Source of the DNA: Callorhinchus milii
Lineage: Eukaryota
Direction of reading: 5' to 3'
Assembly: GCF_018977255.1 (NCBI RefSeq)
Contig: NW_024704812.1
Span: forward strand, 124,001 to 188,000
Length of the DNA stretch: 64,000 nt
The notes below the pieces were generated by a model that was given only the letters and a program-made list of their open reading frames with translations, searched no databases and was not told the origin of the DNA. How positions within the stretch are numbered: the first letter of the stretch is position 1; each line of letters starts with the position of its first letter. The translations under genes were made by a program, and so were the position numbers. Positions 36,253 through 48,305 of this stretch are shown one piece after another.

Positions 36253-39200
36253 TGTGGGTGTGTGTCTGTGTGTGTGTCAAAATATCATAACTTACCTCCG
36301 CCTTTCAAAGTCACGTCAAATTGGAAGAAGTTCTCTCCCATTGCGTTAGTGACACGGCATTGATATGTGCCCTGATCGGTTGCCTGGAATTTACTGATGA
36401 GCAGTTTAGAGAAGGTTAGTCCTGAGGTGATGATGAACTTGCCGTCAGAGCCAGTGATGGAGTTGTCTTCCTTCGACCATGTAAAGTGTGCGGGCAGCAG
36501 GCCAGGGTCTGACACCCGCACTGTGTCTGTCAGTGACACGTCTAAGGTCACATCTGCCTCCTTCCCCACTTCCACCTGAGGCTCAGACCCTGACGCTCTC
36601 TGGGGTTTATCTGTGTAACAGCACAGACAGTGTTCAGCAAAACAGCAACACAGTCACCCCAACAGTCAGTAGGAATAATAATAATCCTCCTGTTTGATAC
36701 AGCGCCTTATCACGCCATCGAGACATCTTAAATCCCATCTAAAGACCTTCCTCTTCGACCAACCGCACATTCAGCCACCCTCCCACCCCAAAACCCACCC
36801 CCCCCTGCCCTCCACCCCTCCTGACCCCAACTCCCAGCTCAGGTCCAAAAACCCTGACTGTGCAGCGTCCCGGGATGTGTTTGCGACGTGAAGGGCGCTA
36901 TACAAGTGTAATTTGTCATCGTTGTTGCTGTTCAGCCCTCAAGTCCTCACCAATAACTATAGAGCATTGACTGTCAGAGACAACATGGCGTCCAACACAT
37001 GTGAAGATCTCTCGGGAGCTGAGCTGATCCTTTGTGATGGTGACATTCCCCTCGTTTGTCGCATTGACAATCGTCTGTCCGACCTTCAGCTGAAGGACAG
37101 AGTCTGGCACCCCACCAGCCCAGGAGCACATCAACACCAATGCTGTTCCTTTATCTGCTGCTCCGCATGTGATCTGCTGTGTGGGAGCCCCTTGAACAAG
37201 GCAAAGACAAACAGTCCAGTTATTGGCTCCACCTTGAGTTGTCCCCACCCTCGCCCGGCTCCACTGGCTCCCCATCCCTCAGAGGATACTGTTCAAGATC
37301 CTGGTGCTCAGCTTTAAAGCCCTCCATGGCCTCACTCCTCCCTCCCTACCTCTGTGACCTCCTAATCCCTGACCAACCGGTCCGCTCCCTCTGCTTAGCG
37401 GGCTCCGGCCTGCTCCATGTTCCCCGCCCGCCCATCCCCTTCAGCCTCTCTGACCCACCCTCTGAAACTCCCACAATCCCTCTGCCATGCCTCCCTCACC
37501 TCCTTCGAAACCTATCTCAAGATCCTCCTCTTCGACAGACCGTGCCTTCGGTCACCCTCCTACACCCATCTCCCTGCCCTCCAACCCTCCTGATAGCAAC
37601 CTCCAGCTCAGATGTGGGTCCCTGACTGTCCAGCGCCTTGAGACATCCTCCTGACGTGAAAGCCACTGTGTAAATGCCATGTGTTGTTATTTAGACAGTG
37701 CCAATTTTGACTGAGATCTAACTCACTGTACACGAGGATTGAAACCTTCTCCGTGTGGCTAATCGTGGTGTAATCATTCTTCACATTGCAAGTGTAATCC
37801 CCGCTGTTGTTGAACGTGAGGCTCTCTATAGGCAGCTGTGAGGTGTTGCCGGCAATGACTGTGGTGTTATGTGTCCACCTGTAGTTACACTCTGGGAAAC
37901 ATTTCGTCTGACAGTTGAGCGTCACTAAATCTCCCTCCTTCCCACAGTACTGTCCTGGGACCAAACTGTCACATATCACTTGCCCACTCATATATACTGT
38001 GGGTGGATCAGGGCCATCTGAAAGAAAAACATTAAGTGATGACATAGATAGATAAATGGGTGGCAGATGATAGTGTGAGAGAAACAGCCTTTTTACATGT
38101 ATCACAGACCTCCGACTGTTTGTGGGTCCCTCCTGTGCGCAATTGGCTGCCGTCCCCCGACCCACCCACCCCACCATTGGCGGGAGAGACTTCAGCCACT
38201 CTGCCCCAACCTCTGGAATCCTATCCCCCAGTCATTCCGCTTCACGCCCTCCTTAGCCTCCTTCAAGTCACGCCTCAAGACCCTCCTCTTCGACCATGCC
38301 ATCGGCCATCCCCCTTCCCCGCCCCTCCCTTCTCCCCCCGTGACTCCAGCTCGGGTCTGAAATGCTGTCACTGTCCAGTGCCTTGGGACATCCTCCCGAT
38401 GTGAAACACGCTATACAAATGTAATCCTGTTGTTGTTGTTGTGTTTCATCCATAAAATATACAGTCAATTCACTTTACAGTATATTCTGTGAAGTGATTT
38501 GAGACGTGAGGAGGTGTTTTTTTTGGAGGGGTTAATACATTCGGAAAAGTGATCTGGCAATCGACTAACAAGGGTTCCCGCTTACTGTTAGGTAAACAAC
38601 AAAATACAACAACAATAATATTACATTTATAGGGCGTCCTTAACGTCGGGAGGACGTCCCAAGACATTGGCGCTGCTAAACAGTGGGGTGTATGTGTGTG
38701 GGGGGTGGGGGTGGGGGCGAGTGTTGGGTGGAGTAATGTACCTGCCTAAGCTTTCGTCCTGACCTGCGCGGGAATCAAACCCAGGTCCTCTCGCTTGATA
38801 AGGCGATATATCAAGTGCAAGAATGATTATTATTCTGATGATCATGACTATGATCATTATTATTGTTATTATCTTTACTGTTATTGCAGCTCAGGTCACG
38901 TGAGGCTGACTTTGGGTCATGGAGTTTAAAGCGAGTCGGGGTTCCTGCTCCTGGTCCCTAAACTCCCTCTCGGGCTCAAGTGTGGGTGTTGCAGTCTGGT
39001 GGGGAGATTAGGTTTGTCTGTGGGGCCCTCTACAGTCAAGTGGCCGATTGACACTCAGATAGTGATGGGATCTTTAACCTGAACAGGCAGATAGTTTAAC
39101 GTCTCATCCAAACAGCGGCTCTTCAATGATAATAACAATAGTGGAGTCCTGTTGCTCAGTGGTTAGAGCATTTGCCTCGTAAGTGAACTTGAGTTCAATT

Positions 39201-42200
39201 CCCATCAGGGTGCGAATGCTTGGGCAAGTTTCCTTACTCCACACGCCTGATAATAACCCCTCCAGAAAGAAACTAATAGTAAATTGGGCACTTCAATCCA
39301 CGGCTGTTTTGGGACGACGCTGTGTGCAATTGTGTTTCACCCACAAATATACAGTCAATTCACTTTACAATATATTCTGTGAAGCATTTTGAGTTGTCTC
39401 AAAGACGTAAAGAGCGCGGCATCAAATGAAAGGTTTATTATATTATTTATAGGGCAAAACATTGGGCAAGTTTCCTTACTCCGCACGCCTCTGTTTACCT
39501 CGCAGTGTGTGGGGACCCAGTTGTTAGTCGACTGATGGATCGCTTTTCCGAGGGTAAAAATTCCTTCAAAAAATAATATTAATGAATTGGTCCCTGAATC
39601 CCCAACTGTTTGTGGGACACTGCTGTGTGCAATTGGTTGACATTTTATGGAGTGGTTATTACCTCCAGAAAGTGATCCGGCAATGAACTGACAAGTAGGT
39701 TCCCACTTACTGCAGGTCAGCAGAGCCATGTCTATGTGTGTTTCTATGAGTGGAGGAAGGACTATATGAGTTCCAAGTACTGACGTGAGGCTTGAACCCA
39801 CAACCTTCTGACTTATAGAGAGCTGAGCCAGGCTGGAACAAGTAGGGATATACGTGGGCCAACTGCACTGTCCTGTTCAGCTCACGTTGATCTGGTTTTA
39901 ACACCACAGCAAATATACTCACAAGTTATCACCAGCTTCACTGGTTTGCTGCTGTCACTGTTCACCGGGTTACTGGCCGCGCAGATAAACCCTCCACTGT
40001 CGTTCCTGTGTACGGGGCTGATTGTCAGAGTGCTATTAGCTGCAGACAGTGTGTAACGTGGGGTTACAGGTAACGGGTGTCCATCCAGTGCCCAGGAATA
40101 GGTGGGGAACAATCCCATCGCTGTACACCTCAATGTCGTTGTGTCTTTATTCTCGATAAATATCTCCTTGTCTGGACTCAGGCTGATGCTTACATTGGAC
40201 AGCAGAGCTGTAAGATAAAGTGTTTCATTTCATCCGGATTTACTTTACTTAACACAAAGCTGTTCTGCTTCAGTTCAAGATCCTGGTCCTCACCTTCAAT
40301 GTCCTCTACAACCTCACTCCTCTTTCCTTACCTCCGCTCCCTCTGCTCAGCGGGCTCCGGCCTGCTTCATGCCCCCCGCCCACCTGCCCCACCATCAGCG
40401 GTTGGGCCTTCAGCCTCTCTGCCCCAATCCACGACTGTTTGTGGGACACTGCTGTGTGCAATTGGCTGCAGAGTTTCGCCCACAAAATAGACCGGCAATT
40501 CACTTTACAGTATATCGTCCCAAAATACATCACTTTGCACTTCTCCACATTAAACTTCATCATGTCTGCCCATGTTACCAGTCTGTCTATGTCCTCTTGC
40601 AGTCTGTTACTCTCCTCCTCACTGTTTACTACTTTTCTTAGCTTAGTATCATGTGTGTGGCTCCTGATCACACACTAAACTCTGTACCCCCATCACCCCA
40701 GTCCTGCCCAGGCTCCAAACTTGGCAATTGTGCTCTCTATACCCAAGTCCAGGCCACCTTAAAGACCCATTTCAAGGCCTTCCTCTTCGACCGGCCATGC
40801 CTCCAGTCATCCTTCTATTCCAACCCTACCCGCCCTCCACCCCTCCTTATCCCAACCCCCACCTCGAGTGCGGATCCCTGACTATCCAGTGCCTTGGGAC
40901 GTCGTCCTGATATGAAAGCCACTGTTGTTGTTTACACCATGACATTTTTGACTGAGATAACTAACTCACTGTACACGAGGATTGAAACCTTCTCCGTGCG
41001 GCTAATCGTGGTGTAATCATTCTTCACATTGCAAGTGTAATCCCCGCTGTTGTTGAACGTGAGGCTCTCTATAGGCAGCTGTGAGGTGTTGCCGGCAATG
41101 ACTGTGGTGTTATGTGTCCACCTGTAGTTACACTCTGGGAAACATTTCGTCTGACAGTTGAGGGTCATCAAATCTCCCTCCTTCCCACAGTACTGTCCTG
41201 GGACCAAACTGTCACATATCACCTGCCCACTCACAATAAAGGTGAGTGGATCAGGGCCATCTGAAAGAAAAAGCATTAAACTATGGCATAGATAGATAAA
41301 TGGATGGCAGATGATAGTGTGAGAGAAACAGTCTTTTTACATGTATCACAGACCTCTGACTGTTTGTGGGTCGCTGCTGTGTGCAATTGGCTGCTGCGTT
41401 TTGCTCATAACATATAGTCAATTCACTTTACAGTGTATTCTGTGAAGCGTTTCAGTCGTCCAGAAGACGTGAAAAGCGCTGTATCAAATGCAAGGATTAT
41501 TATATTATTGATAGAGAAAAACGTCGGCCAAGTTTCCCTACTCCCAAACACACCGTCTGTTTACTGAGCAGTAATTAGGAACCCGGTTATTAGTCGATTG
41601 GTGGGAATCAAACCAAAGTGCTCTCACTTGCGAGGTGAGGGCTCCAACCACGACAGGACCCCACTGTTTGTTTCTCTATTCACAGCATCAAACCCCAATG
41701 TAGAATATTCCAGCATTGCATTGGCGCTTCAGTCTGGACTACATGAGTTCCAAGTACTGACGTGAGGCCACAACCTTCTGACTTATAGAGAGCTGAGCCA
41801 GGCTGGAACAAGTAGGGATATACGTGGGCCAACTGCACTGTCCTGTTCAGCTCACGTTGATCTGGTTTTAACACAACAGAGCAAATATACTCACAAGTTA
41901 TCACCAGCTTCACTGGTTTACTGCTGTCACTGCCCACCAGGTAACTGGCCGTGCAAATAAACCCTCCACTGTCGCTCCTGTGTACGGGGCTGATTGTCAG
42001 AGTGCTATTATCTGCAGACAGTGTGTAACGTGGGGTTAGAGGTAACGGGTTTCCATCCAGTGCCCAGGAATAGGTGGGGAACGATCCCATCGCTGTACAT
42101 CTCAGTGTCACTGTGTCTTCATTCTCGATAAATATCTCCTTGTCTGGACTCAGGCTGATGCTCACATTGGACACCAGGGCTGTAAGATAACGCATTTCAT

Positions 42201-44663
42201 TTCATTCAGAAACTTGTTCCAATTCACTTCACTGACACAGATCTGTTCAGAGTCACTTTGCTGAACCCTACACTTTATTTCTGACGCTGTTTGTTATGAT
42301 TCACTGTTTATTCAGGTCTCAGTCTGGCTCATTTGGTAGCACAATTTTATGGTTTAAAGTCACACTCTGGGAGCTCACAGTCCAGGTTTATTGGCTTAAT
42401 GAATGAGATGAAATGGGCCCTTTACTGCAGTCTATCAGGAAGGCAGAGCAAGTGTGTCTCTGCTCCTCTCTCTCTCCTCCTCTCTCCCCACCACCCACTC
42501 CCCAACCCCACTCTCTCATTCCCTCTCTCCCCTCTCACTCTTCCCGACCTTGCCCTCTCTTTCCCACTCTTTCCCCCTTCTCTTTCCCCTTCTCTCCCTT
42601 CCTCTCTCCCCTCTCCCTTCCCCTCTCTCCCCCTTATCTTTCATGCCTCCCTCTCTTCTCCCTCTCTCTCTCCCCTCTCTCTCTCCCAATCACTCTCTCC
42701 CAATCAGCAGTGGTAGGAGCCCAAGGACACAGTTGGTAAGAGACTCATTTGCCTTCCTGACAGACTGCAGTAAGGGCTCTGCTCGCTGGATTCTCCCAAA
42801 CGCCGGCTCCTGCCACTGCCCTGTGAGGACGTTCCCCAGGGAGGGAGGGAGGGGTGGGGGAGAGGAAGTTGGAACATTGCAAATGGTCGCCGGCCGCACA
42901 AAATCACCAACGGGCAGCTGACAGCCCATGTACCGCCTGTTGGACCACACTGAGCTGAATGAATGAAATGAAATCGGTCCGGGGGCCATCACACCCTCCT
43001 GTTTGCCCCTCGGCCCCTTCCGCTCCATCATCGGTGGCTGTATTTTCAGCTGTTACGCCCTGAAAGTCTGTCACTCTCTCCCTGTCAATCCCTCCGTCTC
43101 CCCCTCTCGTTCCCCACCTTCAAATCCCACCTAATATCCTTCCTTTTTGATTGTGTTTACCGTCACCTCCCCCCTCCCTCTCCCACCGGCTCGGGGTCAG
43201 ATTCTGCCCCTATCAAGTGCTCTCGGACGCTACCCCACGTGAGGGATGTGGTGTAAATGTAAGTTGTTGTTGTTGTTTACTCACTGTGAACACGCAGTTG
43301 TAAAGCTGCTGAGGCTGATCCGTGGTTTAATTCAAACACAGTCACTGAGTACGAACCGGAATCAGCCGGAGTCACTGTGTCCAGACGTAGAGTGGCATTG
43401 TTGGGGTAAAGCTCAGCCCGACCCTGGTAGTCTCCATAGTACTTCACTGTTGTTCCCTGTGCTGCTGCGATTGTGGAGCTGGTGTTGACTGTCCATGTTA
43501 TAGTAAAACTTCCCTGTTCACTGGGCATTACCAGGAAGTACACAGATTGTCCGGCTGTGGCTTCTATGTGACTCTCAGTGACGGTCAGACTGAAAGCTCC
43601 CACCTGCTCTGTAACACACAACACACACAACAGTCAATCTCCAGGAAATCTCACAATATAAAAATAATAATATTAATAATAATCCTGCAGTTATTGTTCA
43701 AGCACTCGTCTCGCAAGTGAGGAGACCCAGATTTGATCCCCGGGCGGAAGGGCGAAACGTTGGGCAGTTTCCTTACTTCACACACACGCCTCTGTTTGCT
43801 TCGCAGTAAGTAGGAACCCGGTTGTTAACCGATTAGAGGCTTTATCGGGATAACAATTCCTTCAAAAAAGTAATAAATTGATGACTCAAACCATGACTGT
43901 TTGCGGGCACTACAGTGCACACTGTATAAATGGAATGATTATTAATAGTATAATAATAATCTTTGCATTTCATATAGTGCCTTATCACGTCTTTGAGACG
44001 TCTGAAAGCGCTTCACGGGGTGTAATGTAAATTGAATTATTGTATATTTTGTGGGTGAACCCTTTCAGCCAATTGTACACAATAGTGTCCCACACAGAGC
44101 TGTGGATTGAGTGACCAATTTTTTTTATTTTGAAGGAATTATTATCCCCAGAGAAGCGATCCGCCAACCGACCAACAAGTGGTTCCTACTTATTGTTCGG
44201 TAAATAGAGGCGCGTGTGTGTGGAGTAAGGAAACTTGCCCAACCTCTCGCCCTGTGCCGCCCGGGAATCAAACCCAGGACTCTCACTTGCGAGGCGAGTG
44301 CTCCAACCACTGAGCTACAGGACTCCACAATTCAGAACAATTCTGTGGAAACACGACCTCAGTGAGAGAGTGGGAAACGGGATCCCGAAGGAGACAGACG
44401 GCGGAAGCAGAAAATGTCATTTATTTCAAGATCAAATTGGATAGATTTCTGCAAGAAAATAATATCTCAGGATACAGTATATAGACACACACACACAGAC
44501 ACACAGTATATAGTTTGGGACACGACATGTGTAGCGACTGCCAGGACGGTGGGAGATGAACGAGATGGACCTTTGCTTATGTTGTTACCAGTAACTCACC
44601 CAAATTAGTGACCAGAATGAGCAGAGCAGCCACCAACATCCTCGCGGCTGGAAACCACCACAT
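33086..44663 (-). CDS. Copy C: intact CEACAM/VSIG10L-like activating receptor, 785 aa (SP-V-A-B-A-B-C-D-TM-ITAM tail)
   Basis: 12 exons: 44663-44600, 43608-43285, 42179-41895, 41260-40970, 40207-39923, 38017-37727, 37190-36951, 36610-36296, 35867-35769, 34700-34645, 33868-33824, 33148-33086. Total 2358 nt, open frame, GT-AG boundaries. CEACAM-like hallmarks: Cys-less V domain with GRAELYPNNATL and DSGSY, and the 'ITYGPDP' junction. The CxWxGGxP domain is VSIG10-like. Confidence 0.9.
33999..34439 (-). mobile_element. Young 5'-truncated L2 insertion (441 bp) with GATACA flanking direct repeat
   Basis: Open frame FKILILTYKAIHGLAPSYLSDLLSPYLPARTLRSSGSGLLHVP...APRLWNSIP; (TTG)n tail. Empty site caggatacacgg in copies A and B. 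Confidence 0.9.
34930..35700. repeat. Purine-rich imperfect minisatellite (gagactgatagagagag...) in the TM-cyt1 intron (also 6490-6935, 20210-20620, 50160-50900)
   Basis: Recurrent gactgatagagag units. Intron lengths are 737, 705, 1068 and 1052 nt in A, B, C, D. Confidence 0.9.
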
Positions 44664-44792
44664 ATACACGTTAGGGAGAGAGACAGAGACAAACTGGATA
44701 TGGGCTGTCACCTGAACGCAGGGCAGAGTCTGCTGTTAATCATTACTGTTACTGTAGGGAGACCCTGACACTGGCTCTAATGGCACCCGGTG

Positions 44793-44852
44793 GACTTTCA
44801 CTTTGTCAGGAATAAATATGTTAATTTATGAGATGAATAGTTTTACTTCCTG
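44793..44852 (-). promoter_or_regulatory. Putative IRF-E/ETS promoter of copy C
   Basis: gactttcacttt at 44793-44804 (one change); acttcctg near 44845-44852. Confidence 0.5.
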
Positions 44853-47692
44853 TAAGACACACTTTACACCCTCACTATTTTTAATATTATTATAATAATA
44901 GTCCTTGCGTTTGACGCAGCGCCTTATCACATTTTTGAGATGTCTCAAAGCACTTCACAGAATACACTGTGAATTGTAGTGACTGTGTGTTTGGTGGGCG
45001 AAACGCAGCAGCTAATTGCGCACAGCAATGTTCCACAAACTATATGACCCAATAGTTAACTTTTTTTTTAATAATCCTGCATTTGATACGGTGCCTTATC
45101 ACATCTTCGAGATGCCTCAAAGCGCTTCATAGGATACGCTGTAAAGTGGAGTGACTGTGTGTTTTGGCGGCTGAAACATGGCAGCCAATTGCACACAGCG
45201 ACGTCTCCACAAACAGTTGTGGATTGAGTGACCACATTATTGTTATTTTTTTGAAGTTATTATTACCCCCAGAAACGCATTCCGCCAATCAACTGACGAC
45301 CGGGTTCCTACTGACTGCTGGTAAACAGGGGTGTGAGTAAAAAGTGTGTGTGTGGAGTAAGGAAACTTGCTTAAGGGTTTGCCCTGACACACCTGGGAAT
45401 CGAACCCAGATCCGTTCGCTTGCGAGGCGAGCGCTCTAACCCCTGAGCTACAGGGACTCCACAAGATACTCACTGAGACACAAGTTTAGTGTGTGTTTTG
45501 TGATGTGTTCAGTGACTGTTTAGGGATGTGTTCAGGGTCATGTTTCGTTACCCCATCACCCCCATCTTCGCCCGGCTCCACTGGCTCCCCATCACTGAGA
45601 GAGTACAGTTCAAGCTCCTGGTCCTCACCTTCGAAGCACTCCATGGCCTCACTCCCCCCCACCTCTGTGAACTCCTAACTCACCCCCTACCAACCTGTCC
45701 ACTCTCTCCACTCAGTAGGCTCCGGCCGGCTTCACATCCCCCACCCGCCTCCCCCACCATTGGCTGTCGGGCCTTCAGCCTCTCCGCCCCCTCCCTCGCC
45801 TCCTTCAAGGCCAGTTTCAAGATCTTCCTCTTCGACCATCACACCTTTGGTCACCGTCCTACCTTCCTCCTCCCCGTCCTCTACCCTTCCTGATCCCAAC
45901 CCCCATCCTGGGTATAAACCTCTGACTGTCCAGCGCCTTGGGACGTCCTCCTGACATGAATATAATAATCATTGGATTTGATATCGAGCCTTATCATGTC
46001 GTCGTGACATCTCATTCATAGAACAGACTGTAGAGTGGAGTGACTGTGTATTTTGTAGCCAAAACACGGCAACCAATTATCATGTCATTGAAGTGGCTCA
46101 AAGAGCTTAGCAGGATATGCTACTGTAAAGTGTAGTGACTGTGTGTTCAGTGACTGTGTAGTGACTGTCAGGGATAGTGTGCACCCCACCACACTCCTAA
46201 CCTCTGACACAAGATGGAATTATTGCGGTCAAACCAAAGGATTTTTATTACCAGAAGAAGATAACAAGAGAGAAATGTGGAGAGACGAGAGAAGCTGAGA
46301 TTGTTCTCCTTAGAGCAAGAGGAGGATAGGGGAGATCTAATATAGGTGTTCAAAATGATGAGGGGTTTTGATAGAGTAAATAGGGAGAAACTGTTTCCAC
46401 TGGTGTGTGGGTCAGTAACGGGAGAACATAAATTTAATATAATTGGGAAAAGAACCAGAGGGGAGACGAGGGGACATTTACGCAGCGATTTGTTACGGTC
46501 TGGAACGCACTGCCGGAAAGGGAATTGGACAGGGACTTGAAAAGGAAAAATATGCAGAGATACGGGGTAGGAGCGGGGGAGTGGGACTGATTGGGCAGCT
46601 CTTTCAAAGAACCGGCACAGACACGATGGGCTGAATGGCTTCCGCCTGTGCTGTAAGATTCTGTGATTCCATAATCATAATAATAATAATCATTTGATAT
46701 AGCGCCTTAACACGTCGAGATCTCAGAGCTCTTCACAGAGTACACTGTAAAGTGAATTGACTGTATATTTGTGGGCGAAACGCGGCAGACAATTGCGCAC
46801 AGCAGTGTCCTACAAACAGTCGTGGATCGAAATAGCCAATATATTATTTTTTGTAAGGAATATTACCCCAGAAAAGTAATCCACCAGTCGACTAACAACC
46901 GTATTCTTACTTACTGCAGTGTAAACAGAGGCGTGTGCGTGTGAAATAAGGACATTATGCCCCGACCCGCCCAGGAATCAAACAAAGGTCCTCTCGCTTG
47001 TGAGGCGAGTGCTGTAACCACTGAGCTGCAGGACTCCAACGATAAAACCCCTGACAGTTAACCACCCGGAGCTCAGTGACCTGTTAGTTAGGAATGTCTG
47101 GAGTTAATTGCTGTACAGCTCAAAGGTTTCAGTTGGTTTGAAGCAGTGATTTCATGTGGAAGTGAAAGCCATTGTAAGATTAGCTCACTCATAAAGCTGG
47201 CTCGTGGCCTCAGATTCCTGTACCTTGTCCTGTACCAGCTGACTGGGATAATAATGGTAATAACAACAATAATAATAATAATAATAATCCTTGCATTTGA
47301 TATACGCTTTTCACGTCTTCTAGACGTCTCAAAGCGCTTCACAGAATAGTGAATTGACTACATTTGTAGGTGAAACACAGCAGCCAATTGTACACAGCAG
47401 TGTCCCACAAACAGTCGTGGATTGGAATGACCAATTTATTATTGTTTTTTTTGAGGGATTATTATCAGGGTGTGGAGTAAGGAAACTTGTCCAAGGCCTC
47501 GCCCGGCCAGGAATCGAACTCAGGTCTCTCACTAATAATAATAGTAATAATAGTAATTCTTGCAAAAAAGACAAATTGGTCACTTCAATCCGCAACTGTT
47601 TGTGGGGCACCTCTGTGCACGTGCAATTAATTGGCTGCTGACTAACAAGCGAGGTCCTACTTACTGCTTGGTAAACAGAGGCAAACGCGTGT

Positions 47693-47822
47693 NNNNNNNN
47701 NNNNNNNNNNNNNNNNNNNNNNNNNNNNNNNNNNNNNNNNNNNNNNNNNNNNNNNNNNNNNNNNNNNNNNNNNNNNNNNNNNNNNNNNNNNNNNNNNNNN
47801 NNNNNNNNNNNNNNNNNNNNNN
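47693..47822. other. Assembly gap (130 N)
   Basis: N run. Confidence 0.99.
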
Positions 47823-48305
47823 CTACGTTTCACCCTGAATACTGAACTCCTGGTAAATAACATTAACTTCTCAGTGAGCCGATAAGTCACAACAACAACA
47901 ACTTGTATTTACACAGCGCCCTTTATGAGGGTAGCGTCTCGGAGTGGTGGAGCCTGACGCAGAGCCAGTTGGAGGGGAGAGACAGGCAGAAGGTGACCGT
48001 GAGCATGGTCAAAGAGAAAGATTTTCAGTCTTGATCTAAAAGAGGGGGAAGGATAGGAGAGGGGAGGAAAGGGGGAAAGGCGGAGGATCGGTGGAGAGAG
48101 CTCCAAAGTCTGACAATACGACCCCCCATGATGGATCAGAGGGCACGAGGGACACGCAGGAGGCCGGAGGCAGCCGAGAGGAGGCAGTGGGTAGTGGGTT
48201 GGGGGGGTCAGCAGGTCGGAGAGAGAGGTAGGGAGGTGCCAGAGCCTGAAGAGATTTGTAGATGATTGAAAGGATCTTGAAATCGATCTACGTTGTCACA
48301 GCTAT

